NCBI RefSeq assembly: GCF_004010195.1
Contig: NC_057728.1
Location: forward strand, 46,466,645 to 46,530,644
Length of the DNA: 64,000 nucleotides
Reading direction: 5' to 3'
Origin: Chiloscyllium plagiosum
Lineage: Eukaryota
Below the pieces are notes generated by a model, which had not been told where the DNA came from, made no database searches, and worked only from the letters and a program-made list of their open reading frames with translations. This document shows, in pieces, positions 37,101 through 49,149 of this stretch; the stretch's first letter is position 1; each line of letters begins with the position of its first letter. A program made the translations under genes and the position numbers.

Positions 37101-39220
37101 ATAGAAGGTATAAAGCAAGGGAAGTGCTTTCCAAGTAACAGGAATAAACATCAGAAATTATGGAACTGAATTAATCAATTGGCCCTTCCCTCATTTTAGA
37201 AATCTATGTGTAAGGTTTACAGGCAGAGAACTACCTTGCTGGCAAAGTCTGAGGGCATTGTGTCAGATGGTTGCTAATATTTGCAGCTACCTGGAAAAAG
37301 ATTAGGTGCCAAATGGGCCAGGTCTTTATGCATTCCCAGGGGTTGTCAGCGTCCCGACTTCCCTTAAATCTTTAGCTCTGTCTCCTCCCTGGAATCATCC
37401 CAGAGATATTTGTAAAATTTCACAATCTACTGCCTACAAAATGCACTTTCCAGGTGACTGAGGCCATGTGTGCCAGGATGAGGCTTTATGTGCTCTTACC
37501 CACTGATGGGGTTAGTCATAACCTGTGGCCTTCTGGCTTTGCTGCTTTGGCTGGCTTCCTAAAGCTCCAGGGAATCATCAATTGCACACTCAGAGTGAAC
37601 AGTCAAGGTGACCCCAGATAAGCATGTAGTCCTTTTTGATTAACCACTGAGTGTTTCTGCTCTTTCAACTGGCAGCTTGCGGACATCTTCAAAACAGATA
37701 ATCTTTGCATGAGATAGCCAAGGAGCTGCTATAATGTTTTCACCCTGTACCAGTGAAGCCTTTTGTAGTTCTTCACACCTTGAAGTGGATTTAGCAGCTT
37801 GTTCACATTAGAAGAGCAGACAATGGCCTCCAGAACAAATAAACCAAAGTCACCTGAACATGAGCGTTATGTTTGAATATGCAATTGGGATATTCAGGAT
37901 AAAATCCTACATTAACCAAGATCCTACAATAAACATTCATGTTACTTCATGTGTCTTCCAACCCTTTTCTTGCTATTCATAACAAATGAAAAGGCTACTT
38001 GTCAGGAAACAGTATACGTATACCCATGGAACCCATTGTTCATTCTATTTCACCTACAATGACATGATGCAATCCCTGTGGCTTCAGTCAAGGTCCTAGC
38101 TGCTGCTACTGTGACTGCTGGGAGGCTCATGGCCAATGTCCTTTTGGCATTATGGCGAGGGCCATACCAAAAGAATGCCCCACCACTGCAGCAACAAATA
38201 TTTCCATCATCAGAGGGGACAGCATGTGGAACACTTACTAAGTGACAAGGCGATAATGAGAGAGAGGGGAAAGTGCTTTGAGTAGAGTCCCCACTTTCCA
38301 TCTTCACATTCTACACATTCCTTCTTGTGGCCCAGCTGCACATTAGTGAGGTGCTGAATGACCACGGTTTAGGTCTTGTCAGTCCTGTTTAAGAGTGGCA
38401 TTCCGCATGTACAAAGCATTGGTACAGGGCACCATGTACATGGTGAGTTGGTGCTCTGAGTTGGTGGTTTCTCTTTCCATGTGCACAGGCATGATCACTG
38501 AAGTTCTGTCACATTGTGGTATTTATGTTAGCGATGAACCCCTCCAAACACTCACCAAAAGGTGGGGCAGAGACACTGGAAAGGCCAAAATTTCATCCCT
38601 TTCTGCTGTTTCAGCTTTTTCTTCATCTTCAATGACTCCTGAACCTTTGTATCTTTGTCTAGTTGATTGGAGGATCATGTGTCCTCCAACAGAGATTCAC
38701 TGATGCCCTGTCTAAGATCTGTTCTTGTTTATTTGTGATGTGTGCATCACAATGTGGCAACCCAAATACCTGGCATCTGAGCTGGCACTAGGACTGTGGT
38801 AGTGCATCCTCAGGTTAAAAGACCGCCACAGAGGAATCTTTGTTTTCCTGCGAGTCCTCCTGTTGGACACGTAAAGGGCCTGCGGGAGATTACTGATATG
38901 ATTTAGAACTGTCAGAATAGGATGAGTGAACATTGTGCATATGTTCATATTTCACTGATTATTAACATCAATTTAACATGACTGCATGTTCTGTACCATG
39001 TGCTCTATGATATTTAATTTCTGTTGCCCAGATGATGGGAGGCTCTCTTTCTCCATCTCCAATTGCTAGGTGCACTAAAACTCAGTTCATCTCCATTGCC
39101 TCCTCCCTTGCAGCTGTCAGGATGGAGATGGCTGGAGGGCTACCTCTGATTCTCTGCCTTCAAGTGTTGTTCAGCCGATAGGTCCTAATGTGTGTATAAG
39201 ACCCCCGTTGCCTTTATCGT

Positions 39221-39550
39221 AGAGGCAGGGAAGTAGTGGTAATGTCAATAGACTGGTATTCCACAACCTATGTTTTGGGGACATGCTTTCAAATCCTGTC
39301 ATGACAAATCATGAAATTTGTATTGAATAAGAAATCTGGAATTTCAAAACAATACTCGTCTAACAGCAACCATGTGACCATTATTAATTGTTATAGAAAC
39401 CCATCTTCACTAATGCTCTTCAGTGAAGGAAATCTGTATAATTGGACCATCTTACGTGGTTGAGTCGTAACTGTCCTCTGGGCAATTAGGGATGGGCAAT
39501 AAATGCTGGCCAAGCTCGTAATGCTCACATTCTATGAACATATTAAAAAA
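39221..39550 (+). mobile_element. SINE family B
   Basis: GAGGCAGGGAAGTAGTGGTAATGTC...TTCAAATCC...GGGCAATTAGGGATGGGCAATAAATGCTGGCC. Confidence 0.8.
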
Positions 39551-40364
39551 GTAGAAAACTGTGTGCACGCTTTCCAGTGTTACAAAGGAGGATGAGAAAT
39601 GTAAAATTATTGTTGTGGGGCCAAGAAAAGCAGACCCACTCCTACACAAGAATAATGTGGGTCATTGCCACTCCTTGCTGCTCCCACTTGATATTTTATT
39701 AGTCTGGTTCCAGCCAGCTTTATCAGGCACACATTAGAGACATGGTAATGATGCCTGGTTCCCAAAGTAGAAACAGCCTCTTACTGGTATTTTTGGCTAA
39801 CTAGCAAGTGCATTCTGCCGGTTGACCACTCTGTAGTTCACATCCATATGACCCTTCCGAATTTGTAGAAATGTAAATGAATACAGGAACATAAAGACAG
39901 TTTATATTTGCAAGACATTTCTCATGTAAAAGGATAGGTCAGTGTAGTTTGAAAGTGGGCATGGTGCACATCAATAAAAAATAAAGGGACTTCAGGTAAA
40001 TTGCACCAGCATGTGATGGTAAGTTGAGTTTTAATGATGTATTTCCAAGCAAATGAGACTGCGCAAGATATCAATTTCCCACAGTGAATGAAAGATTGTT
40101 TCTAATATTGTTGGCTAACCTCCAGATGCCAATGGTTCACCAAGTCTCTAAAACCCTGAAAGTATACGTGGCCAGCTAATTTCAAGCTGTTCCAGGGATT
40201 ATCAATATATCAGTCAATCCACAGTTCTCAGATAACTTCAAGTAGATCGCTGATGCTTTGTTCACCATAAGCAACTGGCAGCAGACTGAGACTGCTGTCT
40301 GATTATTTCAGATGACAAAACTTCCTGTGGATTGGGTACAGTTTAGATTTCAGCAAAGAGAGAC

Positions 40365-41055
40365 AGAGATGGATTAAGAGGGGGAGAATAGAGTGTATGA
40401 GCATAAACTTACAGGGAGCATACAAACCAATATAAAAACTTCTCTAGGTCTGTGAGAGAAAAAAGGTTAATACAGATAAAAATATGTCCTTTACAGTCAA
40501 AAACAGGGAAATTTATGACGGGGAGCAAAGAGATGGCAGGCCACTTAAATGCATACGTTAATCCCATCTTCACAAAGAAAGACACAAATAACATCACGAA
40601 AATATGGGAGGACATGGCCTAATGGGAAGAATAAATTGAAATGAAATATTCACTTGAGTTTAGAAGAAGGAGGGGAAAAATCTCATAAATACTTAAAACC
40701 TTCTAACTGGATTAGATAGGGTAGATGCAAGAAGGATGTTCTCAATGACTGGTCAGTCCAGAACCAGGAATCACACTCTCTAAAGAGAAGAGATAGGTCT
40801 TTTAGGACAGAGATGAGGAGAAATATCTTCACCCAGAGGGAGGTGAGTGTGTGGAATTCTCTACCACAGAAAGTGGTTGAGGCAAAAACATTGTGTGTTT
40901 TCAAGAAAGAGATTGATACATTTCTTAGGTCTAAAGGGATCAAAGGATATGGGGAGAAAGCAGAAACAGGGGACTGAGTTGGATGATCAGCCATAATCAC
41001 ATTGAATGGTGAAGCAAGCTTGAAGGGCTGAATGGCCGACTCCCTTTGTGTTTTT
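40365..41055 (+). mobile_element. Older CR1 subfamily, internally deleted
   Basis: ORF2 mid-region is joined at ~40650 to the 3' end GTGGAATTCTCTACCACAGAAAG...GGGCTGAATGGCCGACTCC. Confidence 0.8.
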
Positions 41056-41811
41056 ATTTGATAAATTTCAGCAGGTTAAGATCAAGATGTACACATTAGA
41101 GACATTTATCTGTGGCACAATTGCTTACATTATTATCATCAGTGTAGGTTCAATTTCCTAAAATATGTAAGATTCACTTACAAAGTTATGTTAAAAAGAA
41201 AACTTGGCTGGATTCTTAATGTTGTACTTTTTTACTATAAATATGGCAAGCATGCAACTGCATTTATGCACTTATCTTCTCAAACTGAGCTATACCGGTT
41301 GTTAACATAAACTGACATATTGGGTACTCCCAGAAGGAGGTGATGGGTACTTTCACTGCGAGCTGGCACATCATCTTCTTTTGGGAAGGCCCATTGTGTT
41401 AATTATCAAGTGGGAACAACCAAAATGTAAAAAAATGAGGAAACATGCAAATGGCAACTACTGGTCCATCTTGTATACTTCAAAATGAATCTCATTCTAC
41501 CTAGTGCATTCGTTTCCAAATGTGACTGATAGTTAAATATTTTTATTTTCCTGCATGTGGACAGCAATGAGCTTTTGTGGGATCAATGATTCCAGCCACT
41601 GAAGCCTCAGTCATCAAGAGCTGCTGAGCAATCAAAGACTCACTTGAGCAGTAGAGATACAATGGATCACCTTGTGACACTGGCAACTGTTAATATTATT
41701 CCCACCCAAGACCTAAGATCACCCCTCAATGCTAGGCCACAGGATGAGTGATGGTAGTTATGGAATGGTGAAGAGGAGGAAGATGGATGGACAACCAAGA
41801 ACCAGAAGAAT

Positions 41812-42146
41812 TACAGAATCCCTACAGTGTGGAAGCAGGCCATTTCAGCCCATTGAGTCCACACCAACCCTCCAAAGAGCATCCCAGCCAGATCCCATCC
41901 ATGTAACACTGCATTTCCCATGACTAATCAGATAACTTACACATCCCTGGCCACTATTGGCAATTTAGCATGGCTAATCCACATAACCTGCACATCTTTG
42001 GGATGTAGGAGAAAACCAGAGCAACCTGCAGGCACGCAGACGCAGGGAGAATATGCAAACTCTACACAGACCACGGGTATAATCAAACCCAGCTTTCTAG
42101 CACTTTGAAGCAGCATTGCTAACCAATGAGTTGCCTTCCTCACCCC
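41812..42146 (-). mobile_element. HE1-type SINE
   Basis: AGAATCCCTACAGTGTGGAAGCAGGCC...GCAGCATTGCTAACCAATGAG. Confidence 0.85.
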
Positions 42147-43079
42147 TTTTGGACGCAGGGTCTTTCAATCAGGCATTCAGTGGCTTTAAATGGTGTAAGG
42201 GACACTCCTAACCCACTGAAAACCTGCAAGTGACTAAAAAGATGTTTCTTTGCTATGCTCACTGCCTGCTGATTTCCCCTGTCTGCCATTGGGTTCATTT
42301 AAGTGATGGTGTTAAATGGGCATATGGTGTTAAGTGGGCATGAGTCACCCATTTAGGGACTCAGTTGGAAGTGGGACATCCACAGCCCATCCTAATACAG
42401 CCTTAATTGGGTTGAGTCAGGAAGGTAGCGGAGTCCCCAGCCATTATCCTTCAGCCTGATTAAAGCCCTCCCACTACCAAACGCACAGCAGGGTAGTGCA
42501 TTTAATTTCACTGATTTAGTGTCAAAGCACTTTGCAACTATTAAACAGTTACTAACTATCACATGAGTATCAAATCCTCTTTCCCAGTTCAAGAAATATT
42601 TAAACTTCTATGTCCACAAGCGATGAGATCCTGCTTTTAACTCTGACAATTTACCGAAACGCCACACCGATCAGAGCTAATATCACATCATCAATTAGCG
42701 TCGGAGAAATCAATGGGATGATGCAAAGGTGGGAATGTCCACTTGCAGAGACAGTTTGTGACGTTAAAGCAGAAATTTGTAAATTAATGTTTCCAGCCTA
42801 GTGTCCATCAAGCTGTCCCCATGAAATCAATAGCCCCTGCCCACAGCAATCTGACTGAAAGTGGCCAACCCACCTCCGCATTACACCAGCTGCCTGGCAA
42901 ATCATTTCATGGGCATTGGGTCAGTGTGTAGAATTAAAATGAAATACAAAGCACACACACAGGCAGGTGTCAGATTGAGATACTCAATAATTCCTGTTGC
43001 ATCACTCTGACACAACCAGGAGTGAGTCATTTTATTCAATAAGCTGGCTACAAGATTGACTGCTCCCCACAGTCACGGG

Positions 43080-43268
43080 ATGCTGAAAGATGAGAGTGTG
43101 GCTGGATGGAGATCATCGTGTCCTTCAGCAGCTTCCCCCACCCCTGGCAGCAAGTTTTATCTCCCCATCACAACCTCTTCTACATCTACACACACTACAA
43201 CAGCCCCATCATTCTCAACAAGGGCTGGATTCCATTCTCTCAACCCCCCGTCTGCCCACAGAAATACG
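43080..43268 (+). other. Candidate alternative first coding exon of an unidentified host gene
   Basis: No repeat similarity seen. ATGs at 43080 and 43090 each have a purine at -3, both frames stay open to the donor-like ACG|GTCAGT at 43268/43269, and both give P/S/Q/H/T-rich peptides. Confidence 0.3.
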
Positions 43269-43989
43269 GTCAGTTCTGGAGAGTCATTTCATTGATGATA
43301 ATATCCCCTCTGTCCATCAAATATGAAGCGAGAGGAAGCCAATGGGAAATCAATGCAGTAACAATCTGCAGTTGGTGGGCATGTTGAAATCTCATGGACT
43401 CCCCCAAGGGACCACAAACTCCCAGTTGAGAGCCAATGTTTGAGAGATTCAACAAATAAATGTTCTTTGGATTTCAGGTCCTTTCAAATTATAAATTATA
43501 AATTTGATTGGCAGCTCTGGCATTTGATGAATGTGTATTTGTTGTGGAATATCATTAAAAGATTGTAGTGCATTGAAGATGCTTTTGCAGCAAATAAGCT
43601 CAAGACCATCTCAGGAGTAGAAGGCTAGTCAAATGCATTGGCCATACATAAATGGAAGAACTGTTTCACATGTGACTGTTGCATTGTTCCAGGACGGGGC
43701 AGGGTTTGTCACTTGTGAATTTGAAGAGAATTATGCAGGTAATATTTTCCAGAAATCTTCTATGCTATTTGTTCCTGTTCATTTGCCTGTTAATATCAAT
43801 ATTTTAATCAAATCTATGTAGCCTGAATACTATTTTGCTCTTTTTCTCCTGTTCAGCCTCCTGAAGTTAAGGAGTTTATTTGGCAGTATTTGACATATCG
43901 AGAAAGTCAGTAAGCAGTGACAAAGGATAGTCAGCAGGACTCGGGAATTCATACCGCAACCGCCTTTCTGTCAGCTTTTCCTATTTACA

Positions 43990-44318
43990 TTTTTTGTAGG
44001 AGTTCATGGGATGTGGGTGTCACTGGCCAGGCCAGCAATTATTGCCCATCCCTAATTGTCCAGAGTCAACCACATTGCTGTAGGTCTGGAGTCACATGAC
44101 GGCCAGACCAGGTCATATCAGCATTTACTTTCCCCAAAGGATATTAATGAACCAGATAAGTTTTTCTGGCAATCAACAATGGATTCATGGTCATCATTAG
44201 ACTCTTAATTCCAGATTTTAATTGAATTTAAATTCCAGCATCTGCCATGGTGGGATTCAAATCTGGGTCCCCAGGACAATACCTGGTGTTTGGATTAACA
44301 GACCAGCCGTCGACTCCC
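43990..44318 (-). mobile_element. SINE family B
   Basis: Antisense to 25675-26020 (GAGTCAACCACATTGCTG...GGTGGGATTCAAATC). Confidence 0.85.
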
Positions 44319-44659
44319 TTGAATTGGGTTCACCACAATGCTAGTTGATTGTCTTGATATCATGCATCATTTGACAAATGATTGTTATACAATTGGATAC
44401 CTTTCCTGTAATGACCCTCTTCAATTATCCAGCCTGGAGACTGGCACCAATGCACTGAGTGCCTCCACAAGTGGCTGGGCTCATGTGTAGCTGTTAAGTC
44501 CTGGAGTGAGATTTGGCACACATTCAGTTTAGGGACTAGTCCACTCAAGTTTCCCAATTGCTCTTTGCTCTCCAGGCAGCTAAAAACTCATTCATTTCTG
44601 TCTTGAATATCCTCTGTTCTTGTGCATCCAGAGATCACTGGGTTAGAATATTCCAAAAA

Positions 44660-45550
44660 TTATGAGTAATGAATTTTGGACTAGGGGAAGATATACAACA
44701 GGGATTACCTGTGATCAAGGCTATGATGACCCAGACTTGGGTGTACAACTCGCAAAATCTGCAGAAGACACAAAACTTGGAGTATTGTGAATGATTCAGT
44801 GCAATGTGCTAGATTTCAAGAGGTCATAAACAGGTTGGTGGAATGGACAGATACTAAGAAGGCAAAAATTAATGCAGAGAAATGAAGTGATGTATTTTGG
44901 TAGAAAGAATGAGAGATAAAGTAACATAACGGATACAGTTACAGAGGCGGTACGACAGCAGAGCAACCTTGCAGTATGCATGGACGAAACATTGAAGGTA
45001 GCAAGGTGGTTATAGATCTACAGACTGAGGCTGTCTCAAATGAGCTATTTAAGCTCAATTGAGAAAATGCTCGAAAAGGTGTAAAAATGCACAAAAACAA
45101 GGAAATTATGATGATGACTAAAATGCTGTTTATCCTCACCTATAGTATAGTGTCCAGTTCTGGTCACTAGACCTTAGGAAGATTGTGAAGAGAGAGTACA
45201 GAAAAGATCTGTGAAAAGGATTCTTCAGACAAGAGAGTTCATTTCCATGAAACAGTCTGGGCAGAGTGAGAGAAACTGTTCTGATCTGTGGAAGGCTACA
45301 CAGTAATACTTTAAAAATTGAAACATTGTTTACCTAGCAAGTGGTTGGAATCTGAAATGTTCTACCTGAAGTCTGCTGGAGGCAGATTCAATCATGGTTT
45401 TCAAAAGGAAATTGCATAAGCTGCTAAAGAGAGAAAATGTGCTGTGCTTTTGAGAAAGGGCAAAGGGTGGGACAACATGAATGGCCTTCAGAGAACCACC
45501 GTGGATAAAGTAGGCCAATGGCCTCCTTCTGTGCAATGAATAAACTTTGC
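44660..45550 (+). mobile_element. Old CR1 RT/3' remnant
   Basis: KSAEDTKLG (from KFADDTKLG), VQFWS, tail GGCCAATGGCCTCCTTCTGTG. Confidence 0.7.
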
Positions 45551-47619
45551 TTCTGTAACACAAATTCAGAATTGACAATCTGACTCAAATATCATATAAT
45601 GGACTATATGTCGGGATGTTAAAGGTTTAATTCAATGGGTTTTGAATTAAGTGAGTGTTAGTCTCGCTCATATTTTAATAAGCACCTTTTCACAAACATG
45701 TAAACTTGCTCACATTGTCTTATTAAGGACCCAACTACTTCAGACCTAGCTGGCTAAGCAGTCTGAAAAATGGCTGCAAAGATGATGTTGAGTTGCTTAT
45801 TAACCCCACCTCATAAACATGTAACTGTAATTATAAATAAGTATGGAATGCAGCAATAAGACAAAGGACAGACCATTTCCTGATAGGCATTGCAGGGTAT
45901 TGAGAAAAGCAGTCTGCAAGTTGAAAGGGCAACTAACTGTAAAACTGATATCACTCCACCACTCTGCTTGAGAACTGTGCATTATCTAATTTGAAATACC
46001 AAGGTAAGCAAGATGTGACTGCTAACTGTTTTACATTCCTGTGCATGGATTTGATCCAAATATATTAACTGGGAGAAATGCTCGTGGATAATGTGAATGT
46101 TTTTTTCCTATGTAATATTGATGATATGCCTTGTTTTTCTGATCAGATGCACTGAAGTGCAATGAGATGAATGTGGACAGAATTCATGGAACTGTCCTTG
46201 TTTTGGATGACATTAGAACTCCTGCTAATTGAAAGCTTGCGGTTTAAGGTAGAAGATTGTGTCCCTGTGGTAAATCAGCAGAAATATTAATGTAAGAAGT
46301 AAGGAAAAGGAAACTGATACTTGTCTGGGACCTTCCTGCCTTTTTTTCAGTTGTCATTTCTGAGGGTGCAGTCCATGCTTATGACAAGTACTGCAGTAAT
46401 TTGCGAGTGTCGTCTGCCAGACACCTGACCAGGAAAGTCTCCCACGCTTGCCGCCTGCCATGAAGAGTTTTGAAAAGATTTACAAGCTGATATTGAACTA
46501 GCTTGGCCTTGATATAAATGCAATCTTTGTTGACAACAAGTCCTGGTGTAGGGGTCGAACCTAGAGTTTCTGGCTCAGAAATAGAGATTTCCTATCTAGA
46601 GATTGAGATAGTGAGGTCCAGCACCATAAAAAGAGATGGTCAGGGATTGTCAGGACTGAAGTGTCAATTGTCTTCATGTTGGGTCATGCCAGAAATCTGA
46701 TGATCTTATCAAGACAGCTAAGGTGAGGAAAATACATTATACCAACGGTGTTTTCCATTTACATTGCCTTTAAAAAAATTTTGATTACTTACATGAACAC
46801 TGTGAGGTAGCCTTTTCTTTGGTACCCATATCCAGTAATTTGAACTTTTATCTGAAATTTTTAGAAACAGGAATAGACCATTTAGCCTCTGATGCCTGCT
46901 GTACGGTTTTTTAAGGTTATTGCAAATTTGCAATATAAACTGCCATGCTCTCATTTTCTTTAATGCATGTTGGACATAAAATTTTGTGAATCCCAGATTT
47001 AAACAAAGCAATTAATTTAACATTGATTGATGTTTCTGGAATAGTGTTCGAAATTTATACAGCTATTTTTGTGAAGTAGTGTTTTATAACTTCAGTCCTA
47101 TAAGATTGATTCTAATTTTTAGACCATGCCACCGAGTCCAAGAATTGCCAACTAATAGAAATAATTTGTCTTTTTCTTTCTCTGTTCCATTAAAGATCTT
47201 GTAAACCTAAATCAAATCAAAATTGAATCTATTAAATTCAAGAGAATACAATTGAATCCTTCAAAAGGATTCTGGGTAAACCAAGATGGAGGATGGGAAA
47301 AAAATTGTGGCTGCAAGGGCTGCTCCTTTTTTGAGGTATTTTAGGTGTTGGATGGTGATTTCCTTGATTTTCAGGAGCAGCAATTACTGTTTAATACTCT
47401 GTTGCATTGTTTTGTAATTTTGGGGGGAAATAAGATCAAAACAGTGGCACTTTCAAAAAGGAAGAAGACAGATAAAGGCAGTGTTCACATGGTCAGAGAA
47501 AGACACAACAGTGAATTTGCACAGTTACTGCCTTTGCTGTTACTTTGGATGAGTATCTCTGGACATCGAAGTGTGTCTCGGAAAAATTAACAAACAGGAA
47601 AATTCATAACTGACCTTCA

Positions 47620-47858
47620 AAGACTTTTTCATGCAGAGGGTGGTATGTGTATGGAATGCCAGAGGATGTGGTAGAGGTTGGTACAATTGCAACATTTAAG
47701 AGGCATTTGTATGGGTATATGATTGGAAGGGTTTGGAGGGATATGGGTGGGTGCTGGCAGGTGGGACTAGATTAGGTTGGGATATCTGGTCGGTATGGAC
47801 GGGTTGGACTGAAAGGTCTGTTTCCATGCTGTACATCTCCATGACTCTATGACTCTAT
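47620..47858 (+). mobile_element. CR1 3' fragment nested in the 5' UTR of the long copy
   Basis: CAGAGGGTGGTATGTGTATGGAATG...ATGACTCTATGACTCTAT. Confidence 0.9.
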
Positions 47859-48096
47859 AACCTGTGTGGGAGAGCTCACAGTACAGGAACAGATACTTGC
47901 ATAGTTTTTAAGTGGAACCTTGCTGTAAATCTACAATGATGAATAGAGTGGGTTCTTTCTTGATTATATGTTTTATTGAAATCTGTCGCTTCATTAAATT
48001 AAAAAAAACCTAAGTACTAAGTTGGCCTGGAGCAGTGTTTTATAGAACAATAAAATGGTGGAATTTTCTGGTTCTGTGGATTGTGAAGGAGCAAAG

Positions 48097-49060
48097 ATGG
48101 CCTTTAGTAGAGTGATGTGCTCTTCCTGTCAGATATGAGACTTAAGGGACAGCTTCCATGTTACTGATGATTATGTCTGCAGGAAGTGTCTTTGGTTGCA
48201 AATCCTATCAAATTGCATGGATCGGTTGGAGTGGCAGTTAGAGGCAATGAGGAATTTACAGGAGCAAGGGGGTGTGATGGATGGCAGTTATAAGAAGAGA
48301 GAAAATACAGTCAGGTAGATGGGTTAACTCCAGGAAAGGGAGGAGAGTGAGGCAGATAGTGCAGGAGTCTCTTGTGGTTATCCCCATCTCAAATAAGTAT
48401 GCCGTTTTGGGAAATGTATGGGGTGATGAACTGTCAGGGGAATGTAGCACAAACAGCCAAGTTTCTGGAACCGAGAATGGCTCTAATGTAATGAAGGGTA
48501 CATCGGCTTCCAATACATCAATTGTGATAGGGGACTCTTTAGTCAGAGGCACAGAAAAATATTTCTATGGTTAGCAGCAAAAAAAAATCAAAATGGTGTG
48601 TTGCCTCCCTGGTGCCAGGATCAAGAACGTCTCGGAGAGGGTGTAGAGTGTTCTCAAAGGAGAGAGGGACCAGCAGTAGGTCATTGTACACATTGGAAGT
48701 AATGACTTGGGAAGGGAAAGGATGTGATTCTGAATGGAGAATATAGAAAGGTATGCAGGAATTTACAAAGGAGGTTCTCAAGGATAGTAATATCTGGATT
48801 ACTCCAAATGCCACAAACTAGTGAGGGTAGGAATAGGAGGATAGAGCAGATGAATGCGTGGCTGAGGGGCTGGCACAGGGGAGAAGGCTTCTCATTTTTG
48901 GATCATTGGAATCTCTTCTAGGGTAAAAGGCACCTGTATAAGAAACATGGACTGCACCTGAATTGGAAGGGAGCTCATATACTGGCAGGGAGATTTGCTA
49001 GAGCTACTTGGGAAGATTTAAAAGAGTAAGGTGGGACGGTGGGATGCAGGGAAATAATGA
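48097..49060 (+). pseudogene. CR1 ORF1 (CxxC-CxxC zinc finger, coiled coil, SGNH/GDSL esterase), disrupted
   Basis: MAFSRVMCSSCQI*...YVCRKCLWLQIL..MDRLEWQL; IVIGDSLVRG; CCLPGARIKNV; IVHIGSND; GLHLNWKG. Contains stops and frameshifts. Confidence 0.88.
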
Positions 49061-49149
49061 GGAAAGAGATCAATCTGAGACTGGTACAATTAGGAAAAGG
49101 TGTGAGTCAAACAGTCAGGGCAGGCAAGAACAAAGCAGAGCACAAGGTA

